A stretch of DNA of 64,000 nt, from positions 3,120,202-3,184,201 of the forward strand of contig CAVNZM010000005.1 of NCBI GenBank assembly GCA_963693365.1. Direction: 5' to 3'. This DNA comes from Amoebidium appalachense (taxonomy: Eukaryota; Protista; Ichthyosporea). The first letter of the stretch is position 1, and every line of letters starts with the position of its first letter. Of the stretch, positions 1 to 14,951 are shown piece after piece. Below the pieces are notes generated by a model that saw nothing but the letters and a program-made list of their open reading frames with translations, made no database searches and was not told the origin of the DNA. Both the position numbers and the translations under genes were made by a program.

Positions 1-63
1 CAACGCACCTATTGTAACTACACCCCCACTCACCTAATGCCAACCCACCCACCCGTTGCGCAG

Positions 64-848
64 GCGAGTGCCGGCAGTGCCGACCGCATGGTGTATGTGT
101 GGGACACCACGTCCACCCGCATACTTTACCGTCTGCCTGGCCATGCAGGCACAGTCAACGAGGTGCAGTTCCATCCCCACGAGCCTATCGGTAAGTGTGT
201 GCGCACACGTGCATGCTCGGATTGTGGTTACATGTGGGTGTATGTATGTGAATTGTTCTTGGGTTTTGTTTCTTTTGCTTCTTTTGATGGCCGACCTATT
301 TTGTGTCGAATCTCCAGCGCCCTTTTTGGTAGTTTGCAACAGAACAACTAAGACCTCTAGGTCGGAAAGGAGCAAGGAGAAGGCACTAAGCATTGTGTGC
401 GTTTATGTTGATACTGCATGCAGGCACATCTTCACGCACACACACGTCGCGAAAGGCACATGTGCACACACACGCGGAGAGACTCATGGTATGCACAACA
501 CCCAGGCTGCATGCACATGCACGAGTACATGCGGATTTTTGCGCACACACACAAGCAAGCATACCCGTCCCTGACATTTATCTGTGATGTGTCGTGGTGG
601 CAGCATTGTGCAACAAGTGTATGACCAGGGCATGTGGTGACGTGTCAGGGTGGGTGCTGCCGGTCAAGTTTGGGCTGCTTACTGACAATATCCACACCTC
701 TTCTTCCCTCTCTTTCCCCTACCCCACCCCCCACCCCCCACCTCCGGGGAATCCTCCTGGGCGGCTGTACGTTGACATACATTCACACATGCACACTCAA
801 ACTGAACAAGAGCATGTACATATGCATGAGCACATGTGTGCGCGCGCG

Positions 849-939
<91 letters not shown>

Positions 940-968
940 GCGCAAGCGCGCAAGCGCGCTCACGCATG

Positions 969-1017
<49 letters not shown>

Positions 1018-1077
1018 ACAGTGTTGTCGTGCGGCAGTGACAGGAGAATCTTCCTCGGGGAGATCCAGCCCCAGTAG
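64..1077 (+). CDS. SNRNP40: U5 snRNP 40 kDa WD40-repeat protein, last two exons (5' part lies outside the window)
   Basis: Exon 64-190 (cag|...|gtaagt) reads [42 protein letters not shown]. It splices in phase 1 to exon 1022-1077, [18 protein letters not shown]. This matches the well-known SNRNP40 C-terminus ([40 protein letters not shown]). Confidence 0.92.
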
Positions 1078-1172
1078 TGCAGCCACTACACTTCATATGT
1101 TTCATATTTCGTGCATTTTTTCCTAAACATCCAATCATGTCTCCAGGTTGTGCGTGTTTTTGGTTTGTGTGT

Positions 1173-1217
<45 letters not shown>

Positions 1218-1547
1218 TACGTGTCTGTGTGTGTGTGTTGGGGGGGGAGGGGGAGGGGGGGGGGGTTCATATGCACGTACAAACGAGACACGGCAGATAA
1301 TACGATTCGTGTTAGTAACATGCACTCTATGGTACCTCGCAGTGCCACGATGTTGGCACCAGATTTGTCGCCATATAGAACCAGGAGGAGAACACATGAG
1401 ATCGACTCTGAGATTGAACTTGTGGTGACTGCGTAATGCCGCACTGTACATATGAATGCTCAAATAAAATATGAACACATTTGACCTTGCCACCTTCCTG
1501 TGCTGAAATGTGCACTTGGAATTGACCAACTGTGTTGTTCTCATGCT

Positions 1548-1600
<53 letters not shown>

Positions 1601-2350
1601 TCCCCGGGGGGCATCACCGTCTCTTGTATTGGTTGCTCTCTTTATCCACGGGCTGGGGTCACCATGGACGTGGTTGTACGTTTACATTTGCATGTGCTTA
1701 GTTTCTTTCTTTCTTTTTTCGGGTTAGTGTGGTTTTGTGTGTGTGTGTGTGTGTGTTGGAACTTTAGGGGTGGGGGGGGGGGGGGGGGGGGGGGGGGGGG
1801 GCGTATGTGTGCCTGGTTTCTGTATTATTTTCAGCTGCCACGGGTACAAAGCCAACATGTATCTGTGATGGAAAGTCTTTGCCACCCACTAATTCATCCT
1901 TTCCATGGCCATCCCACTACTTCTGGTTGTTGTTCTCCAGACCCCCCTCCCTCCCCCCCCTCCCCCCCCCCCCCCCCCCCCTCCCTGAGGATGGGCTCTG
2001 CTTATGACGCATACTGTGTGCATGTCTGATGTTGCATACTTGAGTGTTTGCCTTTGCATGTGTCCTGCACCATGCTTCTCATCGTGTATGCGTACTTCGT
2101 ACCGTGTTCCGCGTTCAAACCCCCCCCCCTCTGCAGGGGCCGGCCAAAAACACCACCACCACCACCACTGGTACCGTACACAACCACCACCACTACATGC
2201 ATGTTCATGTACTTACAGGTACCCAACGTAGTGATTAGTTCCGGGTCAGCTTTGCTTTTTTTTTTTTTTTTTTTTTTTTTCTTTGCTTTGTTTTGTTTGC
2301 AGCTACCTAAATGCCTATTTATATGTTGCTGCCAACGGTTGGACGTTGAA

Positions 2351-2403
<53 letters not shown>

Positions 2404-2942
2404 GGGCACCCCGCTCGTCCGGCCCTCCCTCGGTCCCTTCCGTGATCACGTGTAGCGTGCACAGCACGCACACGCATGCACGCACCCACACACGTGTGCA
2501 TTAATGCGCTCATGCGATAATCGATCCATTATGATTGCAGGGCCGGTCGAGCAGACAAAGCCTTCATTTTTACATTGATATTTTCACATCACATGTACAC
2601 CAAACCAGTGAATTCTCTTGAGAGACCGAGTATACTTAAAGTAAGTACGAAGAAGTCATAACGGGCCATACAATACAAGCAAGTTGACCGTCGTACCTAA
2701 TCTCACTATATTAGACTGACAGAACACATGTTTTTCATCACCTCTTACACTCTTGTAATTTGAAACAGACCAACAACAGCAATGAACACCCTTTAACCGA
2801 TTGAACATACCGTTTATAGTACAGTCAAACACATATTTGCTTTATCGAACACACTGTAATTGCAAAAAGGTCCACAATTTGTTGGAGAACACACGTAACA
2901 TCACGCAGAAACACTACCACGTGCACACAACGTCAACCACCC

Positions 2943-4027
2943 TCATTCCACCCCACTAGACACATTGCTCACAGACTCCTCACCACCCTCCCTCCCCGCC
3001 ACCCCAACGTTCTTCTTCATCTCCCCAATCACCTGATCAAACAGATCCACCAATTTTCCCGGATTTTGCATACACAATTCGTCCGCCATAACACCCAACT
3101 GAAGTTTCCCCCCGAAACTCAAAAGCGAAATTCCAACACTGACAGTACCCCTAGCAGGCACCCAAAAAATAGTCTCAGCGATTCTGCGTCCACCCATACT
3201 CATAGGAGACTGGGGTCCGGGGACATTAGTAACTACTGCAGTAGATTTTCCGGCAAAAAATTCACTAGAAAATCGCCCGAGCCAAGTAGGAATGTAGATT
3301 GACGCCATCAGAACAGCGAGGATGTACACAACGAGGGGTTCAATGGAAGATTTCATGCCGTCGAAAATGGCTTTGGCTGCGAAAATTGACTCGGCGGGGT
3401 CCGGGGTGTGCACTGGGAGGGGGACACATGCGGGCGCAAACTTGTTCTCCAGACGGGGCTCACGGCGAGAAGTGCGCATGTTTACGGGCACATAGAGGTG
3501 GATAAATTTGGGTGTGGGGATCCCTGCTCCCTTTCCAAACTTTCCGGTATTTTCGGAAGCGAAAAACCGATGTACGGCGGCGCCGAGCATGCCCATCAGT
3601 GTGTCGTTTACGGTGACCTTGTACTTGTTCTTAATGGCTTTGACGTCGTTCACATCGTACAGGGGGGAGAGTGCAACGTGTCTCTTACCGCTCAACTCAT
3701 GTTGATTCCAACAATTCACATCCGCAGGGCGAAAAGCCATTTTCACCAAAACCCATGGGGCTGCAAGCGTAACAAGCAGGTGGGTGAGAAGGGGGTTGGG
3801 CCCGAAGGTGTCTTTGCGCATAACTTTGCGCGCGTTGTCATCTGAGGAATCCGAGGAATTTGCAAAATTTTCGTCTGGAATCTTCTCGAACAGTCGGAAC
3901 ATCATGGAAACAATGCCCATGCCGTCCCCCACCACGTGGTGCACTCGGCTGACGACTACGGTTTGGTCTTGCCCACCGAACTTGCGGATAACCTGAAGCT
4001 GTTCGTGTGTATGTTTTTTTTTTTTTT

Positions 4028-4070
<43 letters not shown>

Positions 4071-4684
4071 GGACAGGGGACTGGGGGGCCATGGGGGAGG
4101 AGAGGGGAGGAGGAGTCCGGAGGGGAGGGAGGGTGGGGGGAGGGGGGAGGGAGGGGGGGAGGGGGGAGGGGAGGGAGGGAGTTCGGGAGTGGGCGGAGGG
4201 TGTGTGTAAGGGGTGAAAGTGGTTGGGTGTGGGTAGAGGAGATGGAGGGGTGGGTGGGGGAGAAGGGCGCGGGGGGAGGGGGGGTAGCCTGATGTGTGTG
4301 CTTGTGTGTGTCTGTTTTGTCCTACCCAGAGAGGAAGGAAGGGGGGGGAGGGGGAGGGGGGGGGCACAACGGGAGAAGGGGAGCCGGGGGAGAGAGGAAG
4401 GGGGAGGGGGGCGGGGGGAGAGGGGGAGGAGGGAGAGGAGGAAGAGGGGGGGACGTGAGGGGGTAGGGCAGGGGGCAGGTTAGTTAGTACAAGTAATAAT
4501 CTTGAGGGAAGACTGATTATTTCGTGAGGGGGTAGGGCAGGGGGCAGGGTAGTTAGTACAAGTAATAATCTTGAGGGAAGACTGATTATTCTTTGGACAA
4601 ACGGTAGGGTTGAAGGATGTTTTTAAGGCGAGCTAGTGCCTTGTGGATGCAAGTGTCTGAGACGTACTGGAAAAATCGGGGGAA

Positions 4685-4731
<47 letters not shown>

Positions 4732-5938
4732 CGGGGGGTCCCCCCGAAAGACCTCATCCAAAGCCACAGCATTGGCTCTCCTTCACTCTTCATTCACAAG
4801 CCCTGCTTCTCATTATTACTATTCACTTTGCCGCCTCCGAGTCTCTCTTCAAAAAGCGTGTGCACTTGCGTGCAAAATGCCCCCTCCCTCCCAACCCGCA
4901 TGCTGACTACACTCGCTCTCACTCAACCTCTTCCCCCCCCCCCCCCTTTTTCACCCTCCCCTTCCCTCCCACCTCCCGCCCTCCCGCCCTCCCCTCCCCT
5001 CCCACCCCCAACCCTCTCACTCCCCCTCCTCGGCGCCAATCCGCCACAGTTTTGCGCAATAAGTCCGGGTTTTTCCGAAACTCAGTAAAAAAAAAAAAAA
5101 AAACAGTATTCCTTAATGATTTAGGAACCTGCAAGTTTCCCGCTTTCTCTTTGCTGCTCACAAATGTACATAGTATACATTCACACTGTTTCTCATTCAA
5201 ACATCATACAGATGTGCGCACACAATGGCAAGCACCCACCCACCCGAGCAGCCATCCTCCAACGTGGCACATGCAGGCACACTGTGCACACAGTTAAATC
5301 CCAACTTCTCATAATCATGCACACCACCACAGCGGTAGCTCACAAACAAACAAGAAGGGGAAAAAAAAGACAACACCCTCAAAAGCAAACAACAACCACC
5401 AACTTAAAAAAAAAAAAAGTTAAAGCACACACGCGTACACACGCACACACACATGCGCGCGCGCGTACGTGGCACATACCTGCCACAGGGGCCTATCCAC
5501 AGGGAACGGCACGGCAGCCAATTCCCCAATGTATTCCATCAACTCTTCCCGGGTTTTCGGCGCAGATTCTTCGCTCACATCCCCCACCATACTCTCCACA
5601 CGAAACCCTTTGGCATCCACCCAAAAAGGAAGCCCGGAAACATACACCAATCTCTGTTTCAGCCTGTCATAGTTTCCCGTTTTTATGAGTTTCTCTTCGT
5701 AAAGTTCTGCAATTTCGGCGGCTGAAATGTCCCCGTCTAAAAACCACACAGAGTTGAGGTGGCAGAGGTTGTAGGGAGAGTCGAGCTTCCACATGTGATC
5801 ATTTCCCGAGACGAGTTGTGCGGACTGGCCGTAGAGTTTTTTCGCTTTTTCAATCGCGTACTTTGCGTGCAGCATAACAAGAGTTACGTAGGACACCAGA
5901 AGGGTGCCAATGATGGCAAGGAGAGAAGACCAATCCAT
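2943..5938 (-). CDS. Wax ester synthase / diacylglycerol acyltransferase (WS/DGAT family) with N-terminal membrane anchor
   Basis: Exon 5938-5480 reads MDWSSLLAIIGTLLVSYVTL...PVDRPLWQ|gtatgt. Exon 3992-2943 reads cag|VIRKFGG...SSGVE*. The catalytic HHxxxDG motif is present (HHVVGDG), with family motifs VTVND, VPVNMR, TNVPGP and ISLLSFGG. A micro-exon inside the intron cannot be excluded. Confidence 0.9.
4455..4590. repeat. Two-copy tandem duplication, 69-bp period (intronic)
   Basis: GTGAGGGGGTAGGGCAGGGGGCAGG(T/G)TAGTTAGTACAAGTAATAATCTTGAGGGAAGACTGATTATT starts at 4455 and at 4524. Confidence 0.9.
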
Positions 5939-6715
5939 GATGCCAAAATGAAAGGAGAGACCAAGTGCGTGTTTCCGTGTGTGAGTGCCTTTTTTCTTCT
6001 TCTTCTTTTTTTTTTCTTTGGTATGCTTGTATAGCTAGGGGAGAGTAGAGGAAAGGAAATAAGAGGTAGGCCGGTGTGAGATGTGGAAGTGGTGTGGGTT
6101 TGGGAATAGCTCCTGTCCTGTGTGCGGGTTTTGTGGGTTTTCTCCCACCGGCCGAAAGAAAAAACAGGAAACACGATAAGAGTAGCATTATCTGCTCTTC
6201 GATCCCAAAATAGAGACAAAGGCACGTTGACGAATAGGAGGCCGCAGCGCGTGCTCAAACGCTCCCACGCAAACCTGTCACCCTTTTCTCTGTGCAGCTC
6301 AGGGACGTGGCCACCCGCAGACGTTTGTAATTACGATGTGACCCCAGAATGAATAGTGGGTTGAGAGGAGTAAAAAGATATATTTGGTAGAATTCCGAGA
6401 CGTGCACTTGCAAGCGTAGGGGTTGGTGAGCATGCACAGTTTTCCCGTGGTCGATGGCTAGCTGCTGTACAAGCACTTGCCTGTGCTATTTCGAGGCCAG
6501 GATCCGAATACCCATGATATGGGATCGGATCTATTTGCACATATTCGTTGCTCCTATTGGGTATAGGAAAAGAGCCTCTCTTTACTATTGGTGTTCATGT
6601 CCCTTGTTTACATTCCTTCGATCTCGATCTGTGCCTGGGCCGCCAATGTGACAGTGCCTGCCGCCTCCTGCCGCCGCAGAACAGCTGGCCTCTCAGTCGA
6701 TACGTATCAGTCTTC

Positions 6716-6749
<34 letters not shown>

Positions 6750-6847
6750 TTCTTTCACCGGGACGCAATCACTGCACCCTATTTCTCGTTTCCACGTCCC
6801 CCATCCCCACTCCCCATCCCTCCCTCCGAATTATACCCTTGTCGAAC

Positions 6848-6893
<46 letters not shown>

Positions 6894-7667
6894 AGCCCAC
6901 CCCACCCCAACCCTCCTCCCCTCGCCCAACAACAATAATAAATAAATCATCAATCAATACCGAATACCCGGGTTCCGCCTTTGTTTCTTGGTAAAGTATC
7001 ACACAAGATTATCTCGCTTGAGGTGGTTGTGGTTCCTTTTTCCCAAACGCGTGTCTTGATGATACGTACCCTTGTCATACTTGCACCTTGAATTCGTAAG
7101 CAGTGCGCCTGTCAATCCGCCAGGCATGTCCGACTCTCCTTCGAAGTGACACATGAATACCAGAACCCAACAGCAGAGACATTTCCACTTAGCTAGGTCT
7201 CACTGTATTTTTGGTGCTGCCCATGTATTATCAAATTGACAATGTACACGTTAATGTTAATATAGGTTTTATTAATTTTTCTTTAATTTTGTGCGGGACC
7301 CATCATTAGTAGTGTTTTATCCTGCACCTCCAGCATCTTTACTTGTGAACACGGTCCCACGGAAAACGCTTGACCCCAAGCGCGCCGATTCCCAGTTCAG
7401 AAATCTTACTCGTTGTGTGTTTGAGTGTATGTATGCATGATATTCGTGATTTGGGTTCACGGGTTAAGTTATTTATTTATTTTTATTTTTATTTTTTTTG
7501 GGGGCGGGGGGACCGGGGGAGGGGGGAGGAGAAGAGAGGGGGGGGGGGGGGGGAGGGGGGAGGGGAGGGGGGACGGGGCGGGGGAGGTAGGGAGGGAGGG
7601 AGGGATGGGGGGATGAGGGAGAGAGGGAGATAGGGGGATGAGAAGGAGAGAGGGGGGGGGAGTTAGT

Positions 7668-7794
<127 letters not shown>

Positions 7795-8268
7795 GGGGGG
7801 GAGAGGGAGAGAGAAGAGAGAAGATAGAATGAAAGAGAGCAAGGGGGGGGGGGGGGGGGGGGGAAGGGGGGGGGGGGGGGGAAGAGAGGGGAAGAGAGGG
7901 GAGAGGGGGTAAGGGGACCCAAAAATCTGAGAGTGAGAGCAACTGTTATGTAGACCCTTGAAAACAGATCTCTCTAGAGCTCTCGATAGGAGCCCAGGAT
8001 TCAAAGAGAGAAAGAGAAACAGCTGACAATAGAAGGCAACTCTCTGTCGCCTCAATATCCTTCCTTAACTCCTTACATAGCACGAGGACTGTCATTGTGA
8101 CTGTGATACACCTGCACACACATTTACATACCCCCCTCCCCCCCCCCCCCCCCCCTCCCCCCCTCCCCCCTCTCTCCCTTTACTATTTTCTTCACCTCTC
8201 AAAGCACACCAGGGCGTGAGCGCAAGCAAACACACACGTCGCGCGCGCGCGCACACACACACATACAT

Positions 8269-8396
<128 letters not shown>

Positions 8397-8717
8397 GGAG
8401 ACAGAGAGAGAGAGAGAGAGCGATACACACACGTGCATTCATGCTCCAGAGACCCTAATCTAAGCACCTCACGTGCATTCCCGTCGCTCCTTCCCTGCCG
8501 GACACACACACACACACCTTTTTCTAAAGTAAGAGAGAATGAGAGAGTGATGGTGAGGGGGGAGGAGAGGAGGGGGGGGTGGAGGGGGGGAAGGGATGGA
8601 GAGAGGGGGAGAGAGTGTCTGAGTTAGGGTGAGTGAGTAATAAACTGAAAGAGAGCCTCGCAGAGAGAAAGGAGGGAGCCCGAGGGGAAGGAGGGAGGAG
8701 GGGGTAGAGAGAGGGGG

Positions 8718-8748
<31 letters not shown>

Positions 8749-9428
8749 TGAGTGAGAGAGAAAGAGACGGGGGGGGGGGGGGGGGGAGATATATATATAT
8801 ATAGAGAGAGAGAGGAAGGGAAAGAGATAAGGGGGGGGGGGGGGGGGGGGAGGGGGGAGAAATAGAGAGAGACAGTGTGTGTGTGTGTGTGTGTCGGAGA
8901 GAAGGAGAGAGAACGAGAAGGGGAGGCTGGCGGGGGGGGGGGGGGGGGGGGGGGGGGGGAGGGAAGGGAAGACACAATGAGAGAAGTAAAAAGAGAAAAG
9001 GACCAAAAAAAGCGCTCGGAAACAAGAACAAAAGAGAGGGAGAAAAAACCATAGAAAAAGAATAAGAATGAAGGAGACTATGTGAAGCTAAGATTTAGAA
9101 AGAAATACACTTCGACATCCACGTGAAATTGACAACCAACACCTGAAGCACGCAAGATGAAAATTGGTTCAATCTTAAATCCAGGCTACTGTACGAACAT
9201 CCGGGGTAATAATAATATTAGACACCACTCGCGGTGTGATACTTGATTGAATATCAGTTAGTCATGTTGTGGGTTACAAATCCAAGTTGATTACTTTTCT
9301 TGGCATCCTACCCCTTGCCCCTGCTTACGAACTACCATGTACATATGTATCAGTTGTACTCATTGCCCCCCCCCCCCCCCCCCCCCCCCCCCTTCCAACC
9401 TTCCAAAAAAAAAAAAAAATAAGGAAAG

Positions 9429-9459
<31 letters not shown>

Positions 9460-9537
9460 CGACACACACGCACACAAAAATATACGCGCGCACACACACA
9501 CACGCACACACACGCACACACACGCACACACGCACAT

Positions 9538-9574
<37 letters not shown>

Positions 9575-9576
9575 GT

Positions 9577-9642
<66 letters not shown>

Positions 9643-9909
9643 AACACACACACGCACGCACGCGCGTGCACACACACACACATACACACAAGCACACACA
9701 CTCACACACACACACACACACACACAGGCACCACCACCACCAACCAACAACCCAAACACCCACCCAAACACACTACACGACCATACAGTGTGCTAAGCAC
9801 ACATGCGAAGAAGAGAATACAAGGTCGTTATCACATCATTAGTAAACTTAAGTAAAATTTCAAACAGAAACGAAGGGTGAGGTGGGAGGGGGGGGGGGAG
9901 GGGGGAGGC

Positions 9910-10335
<426 letters not shown>

Positions 10336-11250
10336 AATATAGTACCGCCCACGAGTATGTATGTATGCCAACCGACGAATTATGAATGAAGGCTTGATCA
10401 ATGACAACAACAAGAAGGCCTTTTGAATTTCCCATTGATGGCCATTTCCGGGGGGGTGGGGGGGGGGGGGGGGGGGGGGGGGAGAAGGGGGGAGGGGCGG
10501 TACCACGTGCACGGGAGATTCCGATAGTATGAAGTATGCTGCTGGTTTGTGTTCGGTGTCGAATCGGGCAGTCTGTGTACTTATTTTCTTTGCATAATAC
10601 AAACTGTGCTTGCTGATGATACTTGATGATATGGCCCAGGTGCTTATATGACCGGGTGCACATTTTATTATTATATTATTATCGCTTGTACGGTTAAACG
10701 TATCATATGGTTTGAACACAGGCCTGAGGTGCTGACCTACCACTTGAAGGAGCGACGCATTGATCCCCCAGGGAGTTCAACGTCCGACAACGTTGTGTCT
10801 GCTACCTTGTCGGTCATGATCAAGCGGTGCTGAAAAGGTGAAATATGATATTGCGATATGTACAATAAATGATCTTTTTTGTTACAATAGCTGGCCCAGG
10901 CACAGTCATGACAACGGGGCGGACCCTCCCCCCCCCCCCCCCCCCCCCCCCCCCCGCCCCCCCCAGCCCCTACATATCGTTCGTATGCAGGATATACCCT
11001 GCACAGTCCCTCTGTTATGCTGCGGTAACCGTGCTCGAGCTGGCGGCTTATTGTAGTTGCGTCGCCAGTGCGAAAACAGCAAACACCACTTTCAAAGTAC
11101 TTGTGCGAACTCTGTTTTGCGACTGTAGCATTTATTTGGTTTTATCATCAACAGGAACGCAGTTTGACAATTTTGCGCATCTGTGATTGGCTAGGGCTAG
11201 TGGCTTACTTGTGCAGGAATGCACAACAAATTCCAGGGTTAGATCGGATA

Positions 11251-11396
11251 AATGGCACCCATGAGCGCCTGTGGGCCCAACTTTGCGCCTCGGTGCCAAC
11301 ATGAAGTAAGGGTTTTCTGCTCTAATGGCACCCATGAGCGCCTGTGGGCCCAACTTTGCGCCTCGGTGCCAACGTGAAGTAAGGGTTGTCTGCTCT
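11251..11396. repeat. Two-copy tandem duplication, 73-bp period, just upstream of the lipase
   Basis: AATGGCACCCATGAGCGCCTGTGGGCCCAACTTTGCGCCTCGGTGCCAAC...TCTGCTCT starts at 11251 and at 11324, with two substitutions. Confidence 0.92.
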
Positions 11397-11495
11397 GTCA
11401 TGCAACCCCATAAATTGCAGGCTAATAGGGTAGCATTATAAACTCTCCGATTCCCCCTGAAACTACCCTCCTTGTCTGGTCATACGTAAACGAAA

Positions 11496-12962
11496 ATGAG
11501 GGGCCGGCAAGCACAAACAAGCACCTGGTTGGTGTCCGTGTGTGTGCTACTTCTCGCTCTTCCGTCGCAGGGATTTCTCTTCTTCAACTACTTTTCTCCC
11601 AACACCAGAAACACACTTCTGGACGTAGCAAACAAAGTCATCGATACTGTCAAAACATCAACACAGGACAAAACAGACAAGGCAAGTGTAGCGCTAAACA
11701 CACTCGCAAACAAAGCCGAAACTGTAGTGGATAGAATCCAAGACAAACCCTACGTCTATTCAGACGCCAAAATCGAAGCCAACTGCCTGAGATGCCGCGA
11801 CTCAACCATTGCAAAGGGCACACCTTCAAACCCGTTTGTGTGCAGTCACACAGGAAAGACTTTCAACAGTTTTGACTGCAATATGTGTGAGTTGGGTCGT
11901 GCCCCGTCCTGCTACAACAAGTGCCCGTGCACCCCCAAGGACAATTTTGCACAGACATATTGGAACGGGGTTCCTATGGAACGTAGTGACGACCCTGTCG
12001 ATGTTCCCTACGAGATGGAGGGTGTGGATTTCTCCATAGATCCGGGCTGCGACGCATACACAGCAAAGGATGTGCTTTCGAAGGCCGGTGGGTTTGACCC
12101 CACTGCCACGACAACATGGAGCCCCCGTAACCATTATTTGTTTACGTTTTTGTCGTGGGCAACGAGCAAAATGCCGGATTTCCCCGACCAAATTACGTCC
12201 CGGTTGGAGTGTATGGGTGCGCGGGAGGTCAACTATATCGAAACGGCATTGGATAACGAGGCGTTGGTTCTGCGGACGGACATTAGCGTGTTGGTGGTGT
12301 TGGAAGGGAGCAAGAGTGTGAGTGACTGGTTCAACAACATTCTGATCGCGCAGACAACCACGTCCTTCTATGGCGGTGTTACTAAGGTACATAGGGGATG
12401 GCATTCGGCCGTGCTGGATTTGGTACAGAAGAGCGACCTTCTTCCGACGATTAGCAAATACTGCAAAGATCTCGGAGCCGAAGCACGCACTTGCCCTGTT
12501 TATGTTTCCGGATTCAGCCGCGGCGGCGCGTTGGCGACCTTAATATCATCCTATTTAAGGCAGCGTGGGTTCAACATTCAGGCCGTGTACGTGCATGGGT
12601 CCCCCCGAGTAGGTTTCGACACATTTACACAGCGATACGCACTGCAGGGTTTGAACGCACGCACATTCCGTCTTGTGTACAAGGATGACATCGCCGCGAA
12701 TCTCCCGTTGAAATTCACCGGTGGATATCAGGACGTAGGTACACTTGTTAGCGCCGAGGATTGTGGTCCGTCCACCACCACCAAACGCACATATGTGGAT
12801 GCATTCGATCACAATGTGGAGCATTACATGAATGCCCTGTACATGCGCTGCCCTATGGGGGCCACGGGGGCCGCGTTTAAAACGGATATTCTTCCGTCCC
12901 CACCATTCCCCAACGGTAGAAACGGTAAGATCCCAACAGTGATCAACCTGCCTGTGGCCTAG
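11496..12962 (+). CDS. Secreted class-3 (fungal-type) triacylglycerol lipase with N-terminal Cys-rich Kazal-like module; intronless
   Basis: 488-aa ORF. Signal peptide (WLVSVCVLLLALPSQG). Lipase_3 motifs: VVLEGSKSVSDWFNN, KVHRGW, nucleophile elbow VSGFSRGGALA, HGSPRVG, KDDIAANLP (Asp) and DHNVEHY (His). Cys module PFVCSHTGKTFNSFDCNMC...CPC. Confidence 0.92.
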   Translation: MRGRQAQTSTWLVSVCVLLLALPSQGFLFFNYFSPNTRNTLLDVANKVIDTVKTSTQDKTDKASVALNTLANKAETVVDRIQDKPYVYSDAKIEANCLRCRDSTIAKGTPSNPFVCSHTGKTFNSFDCNMCELGRAPSCYNKCPCTPKDNFAQTYWNGVPMERSDDPVDVPYEMEGVDFSIDPGCDAYTAKDVLSKAGGFDPTATTTWSPRNHYLFTFLSWATSKMPDFPDQITSRLECMGAREVNYIETALDNEALVLRTDISVLVVLEGSKSVSDWFNNILIAQTTTSFYGGVTKVHRGWHSAVLDLVQKSDLLPTISKYCKDLGAEARTCPVYVSGFSRGGALATLISSYLRQRGFNIQAVYVHGSPRVGFDTFTQRYALQGLNARTFRLVYKDDIAANLPLKFTGGYQDVGTLVSAEDCGPSTTTKRTYVDAFDHNVEHYMNALYMRCPMGATGAAFKTDILPSPPFPNGRNGKIPTVINLPVA

Positions 12963-13948
12963 AAGCCTGCATATGTGGGCAAATATGTGCGGAATTGGCA
13001 TAATGTAATGTGTATGACCAAGATGAGCTGGCCTGCCCCTTTTAGGGACTTAAATGTTTTGATTATTTCTATATCTTTTTTTTCTTTTTTTGTGGCTGTT
13101 TTTTAATAGGTGTACACCGCCGTCTTTGGTTGTGTACTGACGATTATTGGTCTGTTGTTTCATATTTACTTCTTGAAAGCTCTGTCGTTTCTGAGCTCAT
13201 TCCTAAGTCAGCCAAATATGGAATACATTCCTGATTTTATAATTAGTAGCTGTGTGATATTTTATGTCAAAATTCATTAATGTGTAAGCCAGTAATATTC
13301 GAGTGACTGATAAATGATAAATATGAAATTAAGGTATAATAAGCGACACGTTTGCTGATGCAAGTGCACGGTGTCACAATTGCCATAAACATGTGCCTTA
13401 TGGGTTTTGCAATTGCCGTGGATAAGTAAATAACTGAGAGCCGGCAGGGGCAAAAATATCTGTTAAGGCCTCGGCCAGAGCATTTCACTGGCATATGCAT
13501 GCTTGGGTGACCGGCATACATGCTGATTTCTCAACTAACACTAAAAAAAACACTTTGATGCATAGGCACTTCGGCTGTTTTTTCACTGTAAATGCCGAGA
13601 GAATCTATGCACTCCATGAACTACACATGCAACACGAGTCCTCGTAATTCTTGCCCCCCTCATACCGCCCCCCCATCACCCCCTCCCCGCCCGCCCGCCC
13701 GCCCGCCCGCCCTCGTTCGCCACACACACACACGAACATGCACAACCACCACCACAACCACAGCACTGCGGCATACATACACTAGTCTGCAGCACCCCAA
13801 AAGTGTATCTGTGTCTCTACTCACGGTGTGTGTCTGTGTGTGCGTGTGTGTTTGTGTGTCCGGTGTGGGCCCATCAACGCGGGTGTGGGTGTGTGGGTGT
13901 GCATGCGCATGGGTATGTGTGTGTGCGCGCGCGTGCACGTGTGTGGTG

Positions 13949-14008
<60 letters not shown>

Positions 14009-14253
14009 CTGGCGCACGTGCTTGGGGGAGCCCGGGGGGCCGGGGGACACAGACACACACACACACACACACAGTGCCAGGCACACATGCAAACACCATG
14101 GCACCAGTACTCACTCACACACCGTGTCACGTACATATGCACACACCGTGCACACCGTGCACACACGCACACACCCACAATTACAAACACATGTACACCT
14201 AGGAGACACCGTCCGGCCGTGTGACTCACACACACACACGCACATACCCCATG

Positions 14254-14335
<82 letters not shown>

Positions 14336-14340
14336 GCTCA

Positions 14341-14485
14341 TATCTTTTCCGTTGAAGTACCTCACGCCCATCCCCAGCCTGAATCTTTGCACGTGCACGT
14401 TAGAAAAGTTTTATTCCCTCCTTAAAGTGTCGGTGGGTATGGGTGGAGGGCCAGTTTGTGCACGTTTGTGGGTGTGTGTGGACAT

Positions 14486-14558
<73 letters not shown>

Positions 14559-14951
14559 GGGGGGGGGGGGGGGGGGGGGGGGGGGTCGACGGGGAGGGAG
14601 GGAAGGGGGCACTGGGAAAGGTGTCGGCTGAGCACGGGATGGCAGACTGCATGGAGTGGAGGTGGCAAAGACAAGACCACAAAAGAAATATTTGTTTTTA
14701 ATTCAACCATTACTAAGGGCATAGCGATTTACATCCACAATAGGCTACATTGTAAGGCTTCATCTTTTTACACTACATTCATTTGTCTATTTGCCTCTTC
14801 TCGCCATCGTTACGATCGTTGATTGGTCGTACCACGGGTGCGTGATCAGAAGGCGGCTCACGCGGCTGAGCCACCGTGAGCCAGCCGCTGTGACGTCACT
14901 GACCATCATTCATGAGCGCCACGGTACGCATGAGCAGTACGTGCACACGTA
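14341..14951. repeat. Paralog of 23547-25892 lacking about 24025-25713; contains the empty target site of element E
   Basis: 14341-14789 matches 23547-24024, and 14790-14951 matches 25714-25892. It ends GTGCACACGTA|TCATG with no insertion. Confidence 0.88.

Noticed and set aside
6255-7160. Short non-repetitive ORFs upstream of the WS/DGAT gene
   Set aside because: No recognisable domain or consistent exon chain.
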